This document shows positions 1 through 11,595 of a stretch of 64,000 nt of DNA, piece by piece. Numbering within the stretch: position 1 is the first letter of the stretch; every line of letters begins with the position of its first letter. The translations under genes were made by a program, and so were the position numbers. This stretch comes from Auanema rhodensis. Lineage: Eukaryota > Animalia > Nematoda. Under the pieces are notes generated by a model. That model saw only the letters and a program-made list of their open reading frames with translations, was not told the DNA's origin and searched no databases. The stretch is taken from assembly GCA_964057225.1 (NCBI GenBank), contig OZ059895.1, positions 21,452,001 to 21,516,000 on the forward strand, written 5' to 3'.

Positions 1-20
1 CTTTGCCTTGAAAAAAGGAA

Positions 21-92
21 TCTAAAAACATCTACTTTTTGCTAAATTATTTTGAAATTTTTCGAAAAAATTTTTGTCAAAATGTTTTTGGA
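21..92. other. Intra-monomer inverted repeat A (in every monomer; coordinates for monomer 1)
   Basis: tctaaaaacat (21-31) is 10/11 complementary to atgtttttgga (82-92). The arms enclose the palindrome tttttcgaaaaa (58-69). Confidence 0.7.
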
Positions 93-96
93 AGCA

Positions 97-124
97 ATGT
101 TGAGTGTACATGGAAACTCAACAT
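97..124. other. Intra-monomer inverted repeat B (perfect 9-bp arms, 10-nt loop)
   Basis: atgttgagt (97-105) pairs with actcaacat (116-124). Confidence 0.85.
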
Positions 125-207
125 ACACTAATGCATCATTTTTCAAACGATCATAACTAATTTTTGTATTGAGCGTTTCTCAATGTAGTATAGTGCATTC
201 GATGCGG

Positions 208-258
208 ATTTTTAAGCTGCGTCGATCTGTGTTATCAGATTTGCGCTAGCTTAAAAAT
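208..258. other. Intra-monomer inverted repeat C (51-nt imperfect hairpin)
   Basis: atttttaagct (208-218) and agcttaaaaat (248-258) form a perfect 11-bp stem. Inner stems are gcg/cgc and atctg (225-229)/cagat (236-240), with loop tgttat. Confidence 0.88.
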
Positions 259-275
259 GCACCGAGATATCAACT

Positions 276-297
276 GATATAAGTTCACACTTATATC
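276..297. other. Intra-monomer inverted repeat D (perfect 9-bp arms, 4-nt loop)
   Basis: gatataagt (276-284) pairs with acttatatc (289-297), with loop tcac. Confidence 0.88.
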
Positions 298-3200
298 CTC
301 GATTTTCACCCTGAAGAATTAATTTTTTCGTTGAATAACATTGTCCATCGTCTTTGCTTTGAAAAAAGGAATCTAAAAACATCTACTTTTTGCTAAATTA
401 TTTCGAAATTTTTCGAAAAAATTTTTGTCAAAATGTTTTTGGAAGCAATGTTGAGTGTACATGGAAACTCAACATACACTAATGCATCATTTTTCAAACG
501 ATCATAACTAATTTTTGTATTAAGCGTTTCTCAATGTAGTATAGTGCATTCGATGCGGATTTTTAAGCTGCGTCGATCTGTGTTATCAGATTTGCGCTAG
601 CTTAAAAATGCACCGAGATATCAACTGATATAAGTTCACACTTATATCCTCGATTTTCACCCTGAAGAATTAATTTTTTCGTTGAATAACATTGTCCATC
701 GTCTTTGCCTTGAAAAAAGAAATTTATAAAAACATCTACTTTTTGCTAAATTATTTCGAAATGTTTCGAAAAAATTTTTGTCAAAATGTTTTTGGAAGCA
801 ATGTTGAGTGTACATGGAAACTCAACATACACTAATGCATCATTTTTCAAACGATCATAACTAATTTTTGTATTAAGCGTTTCTCAATGTAGTATAGTGC
901 ATTCGATGCGGATTTTTAAGCTGCGTCGATCTGTGTTATCAGATTTGCGCTAGCTTAAAAATGCACCGAGATATCAACTGATATAAGTTCACACTTATAT
1001 CCTCAATTTTCACCCTGAAGAATTAATTTTTTCGTTGAATAACATTGTCCATCGTCTTTGCCTTGAAAAAAGGAATCTAAAAACATCTACTTTTTGCTAA
1101 ATTATTTTGAAATTTTTCGAAAAAATTTTTGTCAAAATGTTTTTGGAAGCAATGTTGAGTGTACATGGAAACTCAACATACACTAATGCATCATTTTTCA
1201 AACGATCATAACTAATTTTTGTATTGAGCGTTTCTCAATGTAGTATAGTGCATTCGATGCGGATTTTTAAGCTGCGTCGATCTGTGTTATCAGATTTGCG
1301 CTAGCTTAAAAATGCACCGAGATATCAACTGATATAAATTCACACTTATATCCTCGATTTTCACCCTGAAGAATTAATTTTTTCGTTGAATAACATTGTC
1401 CATCGTCTTTGCTTTGAAAAAAGGAATCTAAAAACATCTACTTTTTGCTAAATTATTTCGAAATTTTTCGAAAAAATTTTTGTCAAAATGTTTTTGGAAG
1501 CAATGTTGAGTGTACATGGAAACTCAACATACACTAATGCATCATTTTTCAAACGATCATAACTAATTTTTGTATTAAGCGTATCTCAATGTAGTATAGT
1601 GCATTCGATGCGGATTTTTAAGCTGCGTCGATCTGTGTTATCAGATTTGCGCTAGCTTAAAAATGCACCGACATATCAACTGATATAAGTTCACACTTAT
1701 ATCCTCGATTTTCACCCTGAAGAATTAATTTTTTCGTTGAATAACATTGTCCATCGTCTTTGCCTTGAAAAAAGAAATTTATAAAAACATCTACTTTTTG
1801 CTAAATTATTTCGAAATGTTTCGAAAAAATTTTTGTCAAAATGTTTTTGGAAGCAATGTTGAGTGTACATGGAAACTCAACATACACTAATGCATCATTT
1901 TTCAAACGATCATAACTAATTTTTGTATTAAGCGTTTCTCAATGTAGTATAGTGCATTCGATGCGGATTTTTAAGCTGCGTCGATCTGTGTTATCAGATT
2001 TGCGCTAGCTTAAAAATGCACCGAGATATCAACTGATATAAGTTCACACTTATATCCTCGATTTTCACCCTGAAGAATTAATTTTTTCGTTGAATAACAT
2101 TGTCCATCGTCTTTGCCTTGAAAAAAGGAATCTAAAAACATCTCCTTTTTGCTAAATTATTTTGGAATTTTTCGAAAAAATTTTTGTCAAAATGTTTTTG
2201 GAAGCAATGTTGAGTGTACATGGAAACTCAACATACACTAATGCATCATTTTTCAAACGATCATAACTAATTTTTGTATTAAGCGTTTCTCAATGTAGTA
2301 TAGTGCATTCGATGCGGATTTTTAAGCTGCGTCGATCTGTGTTATCAGATTTGCGCTAGCTTAAAAATGCACCGAGATATCAACTGATATAAGTTCACAC
2401 TTATATCCTCGATTTTCACCCTGAAGAATTAATTTTTTCGTTGAATAACATTGTCCATCGTCTTTGCCTTGAAAGAAGGAATCTAAAAACATCTCCTTTT
2501 TGCTAAATTATTTTGAAATTTTTCGAAAAAATTTTTGTCAAAATGTTTTTGGAAGCAATGTTGAGTGTACATGGAAACTCAACATACACTAATGCATCAT
2601 TTTTCAAACGATCATAACTAATTTTTGTATTGAGCGTTTCTCAATGTAGTATAGTGCATTCGATGCGGATTTTTAAGCTGCGTCGATCTGTGTTATCAGA
2701 TTTGCGCTAGCTTAAAAATGCACCGAGATATCAACTGATATAAGTTCACACTTATATCCTCGATTTTCACCCTGAAGAATTAATTTTTTCGTTGAATAAC
2801 ATTGTCCATCGTCTTTGCTTTGAAAAAAGGAATCTAAAAACATCTACTTTTTGCTAAATTATTTCGAAATTTTTCGAAAAAATTTTTGTCAAAATGTTTT
2901 TGGAAGCAATGTTGAGTGTACATGGAAACTCAACATACACTAATGCATCATTTTTCAAACGATCATAACTAATTTTTGTATTAAGCGTTTCTCAATGTAG
3001 TATAGTGCATTCGATGCGGATTTTTAAGCTGCGTCGATCTGTGTTATCAGATTTGCGCTAGCTTAAAAATGCACCGAGATATCAACTGATATAAGTTCAC
3101 ACTTATATCCTCGATTTTCACCCTGAAGAATTAATTTTTTCGTTGAATAACATTGTCCATCGTCTTTGCCTTGAAAAAAGAAATTTATAAAAACATCTAC

Positions 3201-6200
3201 TTTTTGCTAAATTATTTCGAAATGTTTCGAAAAAATTTTTGTCAAAATGTTTTTGGAAGCAATGTTGAGTGTACATGGAAACTCAACATACACTAATGCA
3301 TCATTTTTCAAACGATCATAACTAATTTTTGTATTAAGCGTTTCTCAATGTAGTATAGTGCATTCGATGCGGATTTTTAAGCTGCGTCGATCTGTGTTAT
3401 CAGATTTGCGCTAGCTTAAAAATGCACCGAGATATCAACTGATATAAGTTCCCACTTATATCCTCAATTTTCACCCTGAAGAATTAATTTTTTCGTTGAA
3501 TAACATTGTCCATCGTCTTTGCCTTGAAAAAAGGAATCTAAAAACATCTACTTTTTGCTAAATTATTTTGAAATTTTTCGAAAAAATTTTTGTCAAAATG
3601 TTTTTGGAAGCAATGTTGAGTGTACATGGAAACTCAACATACACTAATGCATCATTTTTCAAACGATCATAACTAATTTTTGTATTGAGCGTTTCTCAAT
3701 GTAGTATAGTGCATTCGATGCGGATTTTTAAGCTGCGTCGATCTGTGTTATCAGATTTGCGCTAGCTTAAAAATGCACCGAGATATCAACTGATATAAGT
3801 TCACACTTATATCCTCGATTTTCACCCTGAAGAATTAATTTTTTCGTTGAATAACATTGTCCATCGTCTTTGCTTTGAAAAAAGGAATCTAAAAACATCT
3901 ACTTTTTGCTAAATTATTTCGAAATTTTTCGAAAAAATTTTTGTCAAAATGTTTTTGGAAGCAATGTTGAGTGTACATGGAAACTCAACATACACTAATG
4001 CATCATTTTTCAAACGATCATAACTAATTTTTGTAGTAAGCGTTTCTCAATGTAGTATAGTGCATTCGATGCGGATTTTTAAGCTGCGTCGATCTGTGTT
4101 ATCAGATTTGCGCTAGCTTAAAAATGCACCGAGATATCAACTGATATAAGTTCACACTTATATCCTCGATTTTCACCCTGAAGAATTAATTTTTTCGTTG
4201 AATAACATTGTCCATCGTCTTTGCCTTGAAAAAAGAAATTTATAAAAACATCTACTTTTTGCTAAATTATTTCGAAATGTTTCGAAAAAATTTTTGTCAA
4301 AATGTTTTTGGAAGCAATGTTGAGTGTACATGGAAACTCAACATACACTAATGCATCATTTTTCAAACGATCATAACTAATTTTTGTATTAAGCGTTTCT
4401 CAATGTAGTATAGTGCATTCGATGCGGATTTTTAAGCTGCGTCGATCTGTGTTATCAGATTTGCGCTAGCTTAAAAATGCACCGAGATATCAACTGATAT
4501 AAGTTCACACTTATATCCTCAATTTTCACCCTGAAGAATTAATTTTTTCGTTGAATAACATTGTCCATCGTCTTTGCCTTGAAAAAAGGAATCTAAAAAC
4601 ATCTACTTTTTGCTAAATTATTTTGAAATTTTTCGAAAAAATTTTTGTCAAAATGTTTTTGGAAGCAATGTTGAGTGTACATGGAAACTCAACATACACT
4701 AATGCATCATTTTTCAAACGATCATAACTAATTTTTGTATTGAGCGTTTCTCAATGTAGTATAGTGCATTCGATGCGGATTTTTAAGCTGCGTCGATCTG
4801 TGTTATCAGATTTGCGCTAGCTTAAAAATGCACCGAGATATCAACTGATATAAATTCACACTTATATCCTCGATTTTCACCCTGAAGAATTAATTTTTTC
4901 GTTGAATAACATTGTCCATCGTCTTTGCTTTGAAAAAAGGAATCTAAAAACATCTACTTTTTGCTAAATTATTTCGAAATTTTTCGAAAAAATTTTTGTC
5001 AAAATGTTTTTGGAAGCAATGTTGAGTGTACATGGAAACTCAACATACACTAATGCATCATTTTTCAAACGATCATAACTAATTTTTGTATTAAGCGTAT
5101 CTCAATGTAGTATAGTGCATTCGATGCGGATTTTTAAGCTGCGTCGATCTGTGTTATCAGATTTGCGCTAGCTTAAAAATGCACCGAGATATCAACTGAT
5201 ATAAGTTCACACTTATATCCTCGATTTTCACCCTGAAGAATTAATTTTTTCGTTGAATAACATTGTCCATCGTCTTTGCCTTGAAAAAAGAAATTTATAA
5301 AAACATCTACTTTTTGCTAAATTATTTCGAAATGTTTCGAAAAAATTTTTGTCAAAATGTTTTTGGAAGCAATGTTGAGTGTACATGGAAACTCAACATA
5401 CACTAATGCATCATTTTTCAAACGATCATAACTAATTTTTGTATTAAGCGTTTCTCAATGTAGTATAGTGCATTCGATGCGGATTTTTAAGCTGCGTCGA
5501 TCTGTGTTATCAGATTTGCGCTAGCTTAAAAATGCACCGAGATATCAACTGATATAAGTTCACACTTATATCCTCAATTTTCACCCTGAAGAATTAATTT
5601 TTTCGTTGAATAACATTGTCCATCGTCTTTGCCTTGAAAAAAGGAATCTAAAAACATCTACTTTTTGCTAAATTATTTTGAAATTTTTCGAAAAAATTTT
5701 TGTCAAAATGTTTTTGGAAGCAATGTTGAGTGTACATGGAAACTCAACATACACTAATGCATCATTTTTCAAACGATCATAACTAATTTTTGTATTGAGC
5801 GTTTCTCAATGTAGTATAGTGCATTCGATGCGGATTTTTAAGCTGCGTCGATCTGTGTTATCAGATTTGCGCTAGCTTAAAAATGCACCGAGATATCAAC
5901 TGATATAAGTTCACACTTATATCCTCGATTTTCACCCTGAAGAATTAATTTTTTCGTTGAATAACATTGTCCATCGTCTTTGCTTTGAAAAAAGGAATCT
6001 AAAAACATCTACTTTTTGCTAAATTATTTCGAAATTTTTCGAAAAAATTTTTGTCAAAATGTTTTTGGAAGCAATGTTGAGTGTACATGGAAACTCAACA
6101 TACACTAATGCATCATTTTTCAAACGATCATAACTAATTTTTGTATTAAGCGTTTCTCAATGTAGTATAGTGCATTCGATGCGGATTTTTAAGCTGCGTC

Positions 6201-9200
6201 GATCTGTGTTATCAGATTTGCGCTAGCTTAAAAATGCACCGAGATATCAACTGATATAAGTTCACACTTATATCCTCGATTTTCACCCTGAAGAATTAAT
6301 TTTTTCGTTGAATAACATTGTCCATCGTCTTTGCCTTGAAAAAAGAAATTTATAAAAACATCTACTTTTTGCTAAATTATTTCGAAATGTTTCGAAAAAA
6401 TTTTTGTCAAAATGTTTTTGGAAGCAATGTTGAGTGTACATGGAAACTCAACATACACTAATGCATCATTTTTCAAACGATCATAACTAATTTTTGTATT
6501 AAGCGTTTCTCAATGTAGTATAGTGCATTCGATGCGGATTTTTAAGCTGCGTCGATCTGTGTTATCAGATTTGCGCTAGCTTAAAAATGCACCGAGATAT
6601 CAACTGATATAAGTTCACACTTATATCCTCAATTTTCACCCTGAAGAATTAATTTTTTCGTTGAATAACATTGTCCATCGTCTTTGCCTTGAAAAAAGGA
6701 ATCTAAAAACATCTACTTTTTGCTAAATTATTTTGAAATTTTTCGAAAAAATTTTTGTCAAAATGTTTTTGGAAGCAATGTTGAGTGTACATGGAAACTC
6801 AACATACACTAATGCATCATTTTTCAAACGATCATAACTAATTTTTGTATTGAGCGTTTCTCAATGTAGTATAGTGCATTCGATGCGGATTTTTAAGCTG
6901 CGTCGATCTGTGTTATCAGATTTGCGCTAGCTTAAAAATGCACCGAGATATCAACTGATATAAGTTCACACTTATATCCTCGATTTTCACCCTGAAGAAT
7001 TAATTTTTTCGTTGAATAACATTGTCCATCGTCTTTGCCTTGAAAAAAGGAATCTAAAAACATCTCCTTTTTGCTAAATTATTTTGGAATTTTTCGAAAA
7101 AATTTTTGTCAAAATGTTTTTGGAAGCAATGTTGAGTGTACATGGAAACTCAACATACACTAATGCATCATTTTTCAAACGATCATAACTAATTTTTGTA
7201 TTAAGCGTTTCTCAATGTAGTATAGTGCATTCGATGCGGATTTTTAAGCTGCGTCGATCTGTGTTATCAGATTTGCGCTAGCTTAAAAATGCACCGAGAT
7301 ATCAACTGATATAAGTTCACACTTATATCCTCGATTTTCACCCTGAAGAATTAATTTTTTCGTTGAATAACATTGTCCATCGTCTTTGCTTTGAAAAAAG
7401 GAATCTAAAAACATCTACTTTTTGCTAAATTATTTCGAAATTTTTCGAAAAAATTTTTGTCAAAATGTTTTTGGAAGCAATGTTGAGTGTACATGGAAAC
7501 TCAACATACACTAATGCATCATTTTTCAAACGATCATAACTAATTTTTGTATTAAGCGTTTCTCAATGTAGTATAGTGCATTCGATGCGGATTTTTAAGC
7601 TGCGTCGATCTGTGTTATCAGATTTGCGCTAGCTTAAAAATGCACCGAGATATCAACTGATATAAGTTCACACTTATATCCTCAATTTTCACCCTGAAGA
7701 ATTAATTTTTTCGTTGAATAACATTGTCCATCGTCTTTGCCTTGAAAAAAGGAATCTAAAAACATCTACTTTTTGCTAAATTATTTTGAAATTTTTCGAA
7801 AAAATTTTTGTCAAAATGTTTTTGGAAGCAATGTTGAGTGTACATGGAAACTCAACATACACTAATGCATCATTTTTCAAACGATCATAACTAATTTTTG
7901 TATTGAGCGTTTCTCAATGTAGTATAGTGCATTCGATGCGGATTTTTAAGCTGCGTCGATCTGTGTTATCAGATTTGCGCTAGCTTAAACATGCACCGAG
8001 ATATCAACTGATATAAGTTCACACTTATATCCTCGATTTTCACCCTGAAGAATTAATTTTTTCGTTGAATAACATTGTCCATCGTCTTTGCCTTGAAAGA
8101 AGGAATCTAAAAACATCTCCTTTTTGCTAAATTATTTTGAAATTTTTCGAAAAAATTTTTGTCAAAATGTTTTTGGAAGCAATGTTGAGTGTACATGGAA
8201 ACTCAACATACACTAATGCATCATTTTTCAAACGATCATAACTAATTTTTGTATTGAGCGTTTCTCAATGTAGTATAGTGCATTCGATGTGGATTTTTAA
8301 GCTGCGTCGATCTGTGTTATCAGATTTGCGCTAGCTTAAAAATGCACCGAGATATCAACTGATATAAGTTCACACTTATATCCTCGATTTTCACCCTGAA
8401 GAATTAATTTTTTCGTTGAATAACATTGTCCATCGTCTTTGCCTTGAAAAAAGGAATCTAAAAACATCTACTTTTTGCTAAATTATTTCGAAATTTTTCG
8501 AAAAAATTTTTGTCAAAATGTTTTTGGAAGCAATGTTGAGTGTACATGGAAACTCAACATACACTAATGCATCATTTTTCAAACGATCATAACTAATTTT
8601 TGTATTAAGCGTTTCTCAATGTAGTATAGTGCATTCGATGCGGATTTTTAAGCTGCGTCGATCTGTGTTATCAGATTTGCGCTAGCTTAAAAATGCACCG
8701 AGATATCAACTGATATAAGTTCACACTTATATCCTCAATTTTCACCCTGAAGAATTAATTTTTTCGTTGAATAACATTGTCCATCGTCTTTGCCTTGAAA
8801 AAAGGAATCTAAAAACATCTACTTTTTGCTAAATTATTTTGAAATTTTTCGAAAAAATTTTTGTCAAAATGTTTTTGGAAGCAATGTTGAGTGTACATGG
8901 AAACTCAACATACACTAATGCATCATTTTTCAAACGATCATAACTAATTTTTGTATTGAGCGTTTCTCAATGTAGTATAGTGCATTCGATGCGGATTTTT
9001 AAGCTGCGTCGATCTGTGTTATCAGATTTGCGCTAGCTTAAAAATGCACCGAGATATCAACTGATATAAGTTCACACTTATATCCTCGATTTTCACCCTG
9101 AAGAATTAATTTTTTCGTTGAATAACATTGTCCATCGTCTTTGCCTTGAAAGAAGGAATCTAAAAACATCTCCTTTTTGCTAAATTATTTTGAAATTTTT

Positions 9201-11595
9201 CGAAAAAATTTTTGTCAAAATGTTTTTGGAAGCAATGTTGAGTGTACATGGAAACTCAACATACACTAATGCATCATTTTTCAAACGATCATAACTAATT
9301 TTTGTATTGAGCGTTTCTCAATGTAGTATAGTGCATTCGATGCGGATTTTTAAGCTGCGTCGATCTGTGTTATCAGATTTGCGCTAGCTTAAAAATGCAC
9401 CGAGATATCAACTGATATAAGTTCACACTTATATCCTCGATTTTCACCCTGAAGAATTAATTTTTTCGTTGAATAACATTGTCCATCGTCTTTGCCTTGA
9501 AAAAAGGAATCTAAAAACATCTACTTTTTGCTAAATTATTTCGAAATGTTTCGAAAAAATTTTTGTCAAAATGTTTTTGGAAGCAATGTTGAGTGTACAT
9601 GGAAACTCAACATACACTAATGCATCATTTTTCAAACGATCATAACTAATTTTTGTATTAAGCGTTTCTCAATGTAGTATAGTGCATTCGATGCGGATTT
9701 TTAAGCTGCGTCGATCTGTGTTATCAGATTTGCGCTAGCTTAAAAATGCACCGAGATATCAACTGATATAAGTTCACACTTATATCCTCGATTTTCACCC
9801 TGAAGAATTAATTTTTTCGTTGAATAACATTGTCCATCGTCTTTGCCTTGAAAAAAGGAATCTAAAAACATCTCCTTTTTGCTAAATTATTTTGGAATTT
9901 TTCGAAAAAATTTTTGTCAAAATGTTTTTGGAAGCAATGTTGAGTGTACATGGAAACTCAACATACACTAATGCATCATTTTTCAAACGATCATAACTAA
10001 TTTTTGTATTAAGCGTTTCTCAATGTAGTATAGTGCATTCGATGCGGATTTTTAAGCTGCGTCGATCTGTGTTATCAGATTTGCGCTAGCTTAAAAATGC
10101 ACCGAGATATCAACTGATATAAGTTCACACTTATATCCTCGATTTTCACCCTGAAGAATTAATTTTTTCGTTGAATAACATTGTCCATCGTCTTTGCCTT
10201 GAAAGAAGGAATCTAAAAACATCTCCTTTTTGCTAAATTATTTTGAAATTTTTCGAAAAAATTTTTGTCAAAATGTTTTTGGAAGCAATGTTGAGTGTAC
10301 ATGGAAACTCAACATACACTAATGCATCATTTTTCAAACGATCATAACTAATTTTTGTATTGAGCGTTTCTCAATGTAGTATAGTGCATTCGATGCGGAT
10401 TTTTAAGCTGCGTCGATCTGTGTTATCAGATTTGCGCTAGCTTAAAAATGCACCGAGATATCAACTGATATAAGTTCACACTTATATCCTCGATTTTCAC
10501 CCTGAAGAATTAATTTTTTCGTTGAATAACATTGTCCATCGTCTTTGCCTTGAAAGAAGGAATCTAAAAACATCTCCTTTTTGCTAAATTATTTTGAAAT
10601 TTTTCGAAAAAATTTTTGTCAAAATGTTTTTGGAAGCAATGTTGAGTGTACATGGAAACTCAACATACACTAATGCATCATTTTTCAAACGATCATAACT
10701 AATTTTTGTATTGAGCGTTTCTCAATGTAGTATAGTGCATTCGATGCGGATTTTTAAGCTGCGTCGATCTGTGTTATCAGATTTGCGCTAGCTTAAAAAT
10801 GCACCGAGATATCAACTGATATAAGTTCACACTTATATCCTCAATTTTCACCCTGAAGAATTAATTTTTTCGTTGAATAACATTGTCCATCGTCTTTGCC
10901 TTGAGAAAAGGAATCTAAAAACATCTACTTTTTGCTAAATTATTTTGAAATTTTTCGAAAAAATTTTTGTCAAAATGTTTTTGGAAGCAATGTTGAGTGT
11001 ACATGGAAACTCAACATACACTAATGCATCATTTTTCAAACGATCATAACTAATTTTTGTATTGAGCGTTTCTCAATGTAGTATAGTGCATTCGATGCGG
11101 ATTTTTAAGCTGCGTCGATCTGTGTTATCAGATTTGCGCTAGCTTAAAAATGCACCGAGATATCAACTGATATAAGTTCACACTTATATCCTCGATTTTC
11201 ACCCTGAAGAATTAATTTTTTCGTTGAATAACATTGTCCATCGTCTTTGCCTTGAAAGAAGGAATCTAAAAACATCTCCTTTTTGCTAAATTATTTTGAA
11301 ATTTTTCGAAAAAATTTTTGTCAAAATGTTTTTGGAAGCAATGTTGAGTGTACATGGAAACTCAACATACACTAATGCATCATTTTTCAAACGATCATAA
11401 CTAATTTTTGTATTGAGCGTTTCTCAATGTAGTATAGTGCATTCGATGCGGATTTTTAAGCTGCGTCGATCTGTGTTATCAGATTTGCGCTAGCTTAAAA
11501 ATGCACCGAGATATCAACTGATATAAGTTCACACTTATATCCTCGATTTTCACCCTGAAGAATTAATTTTTTCGTTGAATAACATTGTCCATCGT

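Larger units (their letters stand above)
1..6681. repeat. 3-monomer higher-order repeat (351+351+353 = 1055 bp)
   Basis: A 353-bp variant (gaaatttataaaaac; tttcgaaatgtttcg) has its marker at 719, 1774, 3180, 4235, 5290 and 6345. Spacings are 1055, 1406 (one extra monomer), 1055, 1055 and 1055. Confidence 0.92.

Noticed and set aside
186-205. tRNA A-box-like tagtatagtg followed by ttcga (tRNA gene or SINE)
   Set aside because: There is no properly spaced B box and no cloverleaf.
311-317. Hammerhead ribozyme core CUGANGA (ctgaaga), as known from some animal satellites; the recurrent variants ctgacga and ctgagga both hit the N position
   Set aside because: I could not build stem II between position 318 and any downstream GAAA, nor stem I on the 5' side. 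Core-breaking variants also exist (ctgaaaa ~21383, ctgtaga 52585). An Infernal search of a dimer with Rfam hammerhead models would settle it.
326-342. CENP-B-box-like tttcgttgaataacatt
   Set aside because: It matches TTCG and the central A but lacks the essential CGGG half.
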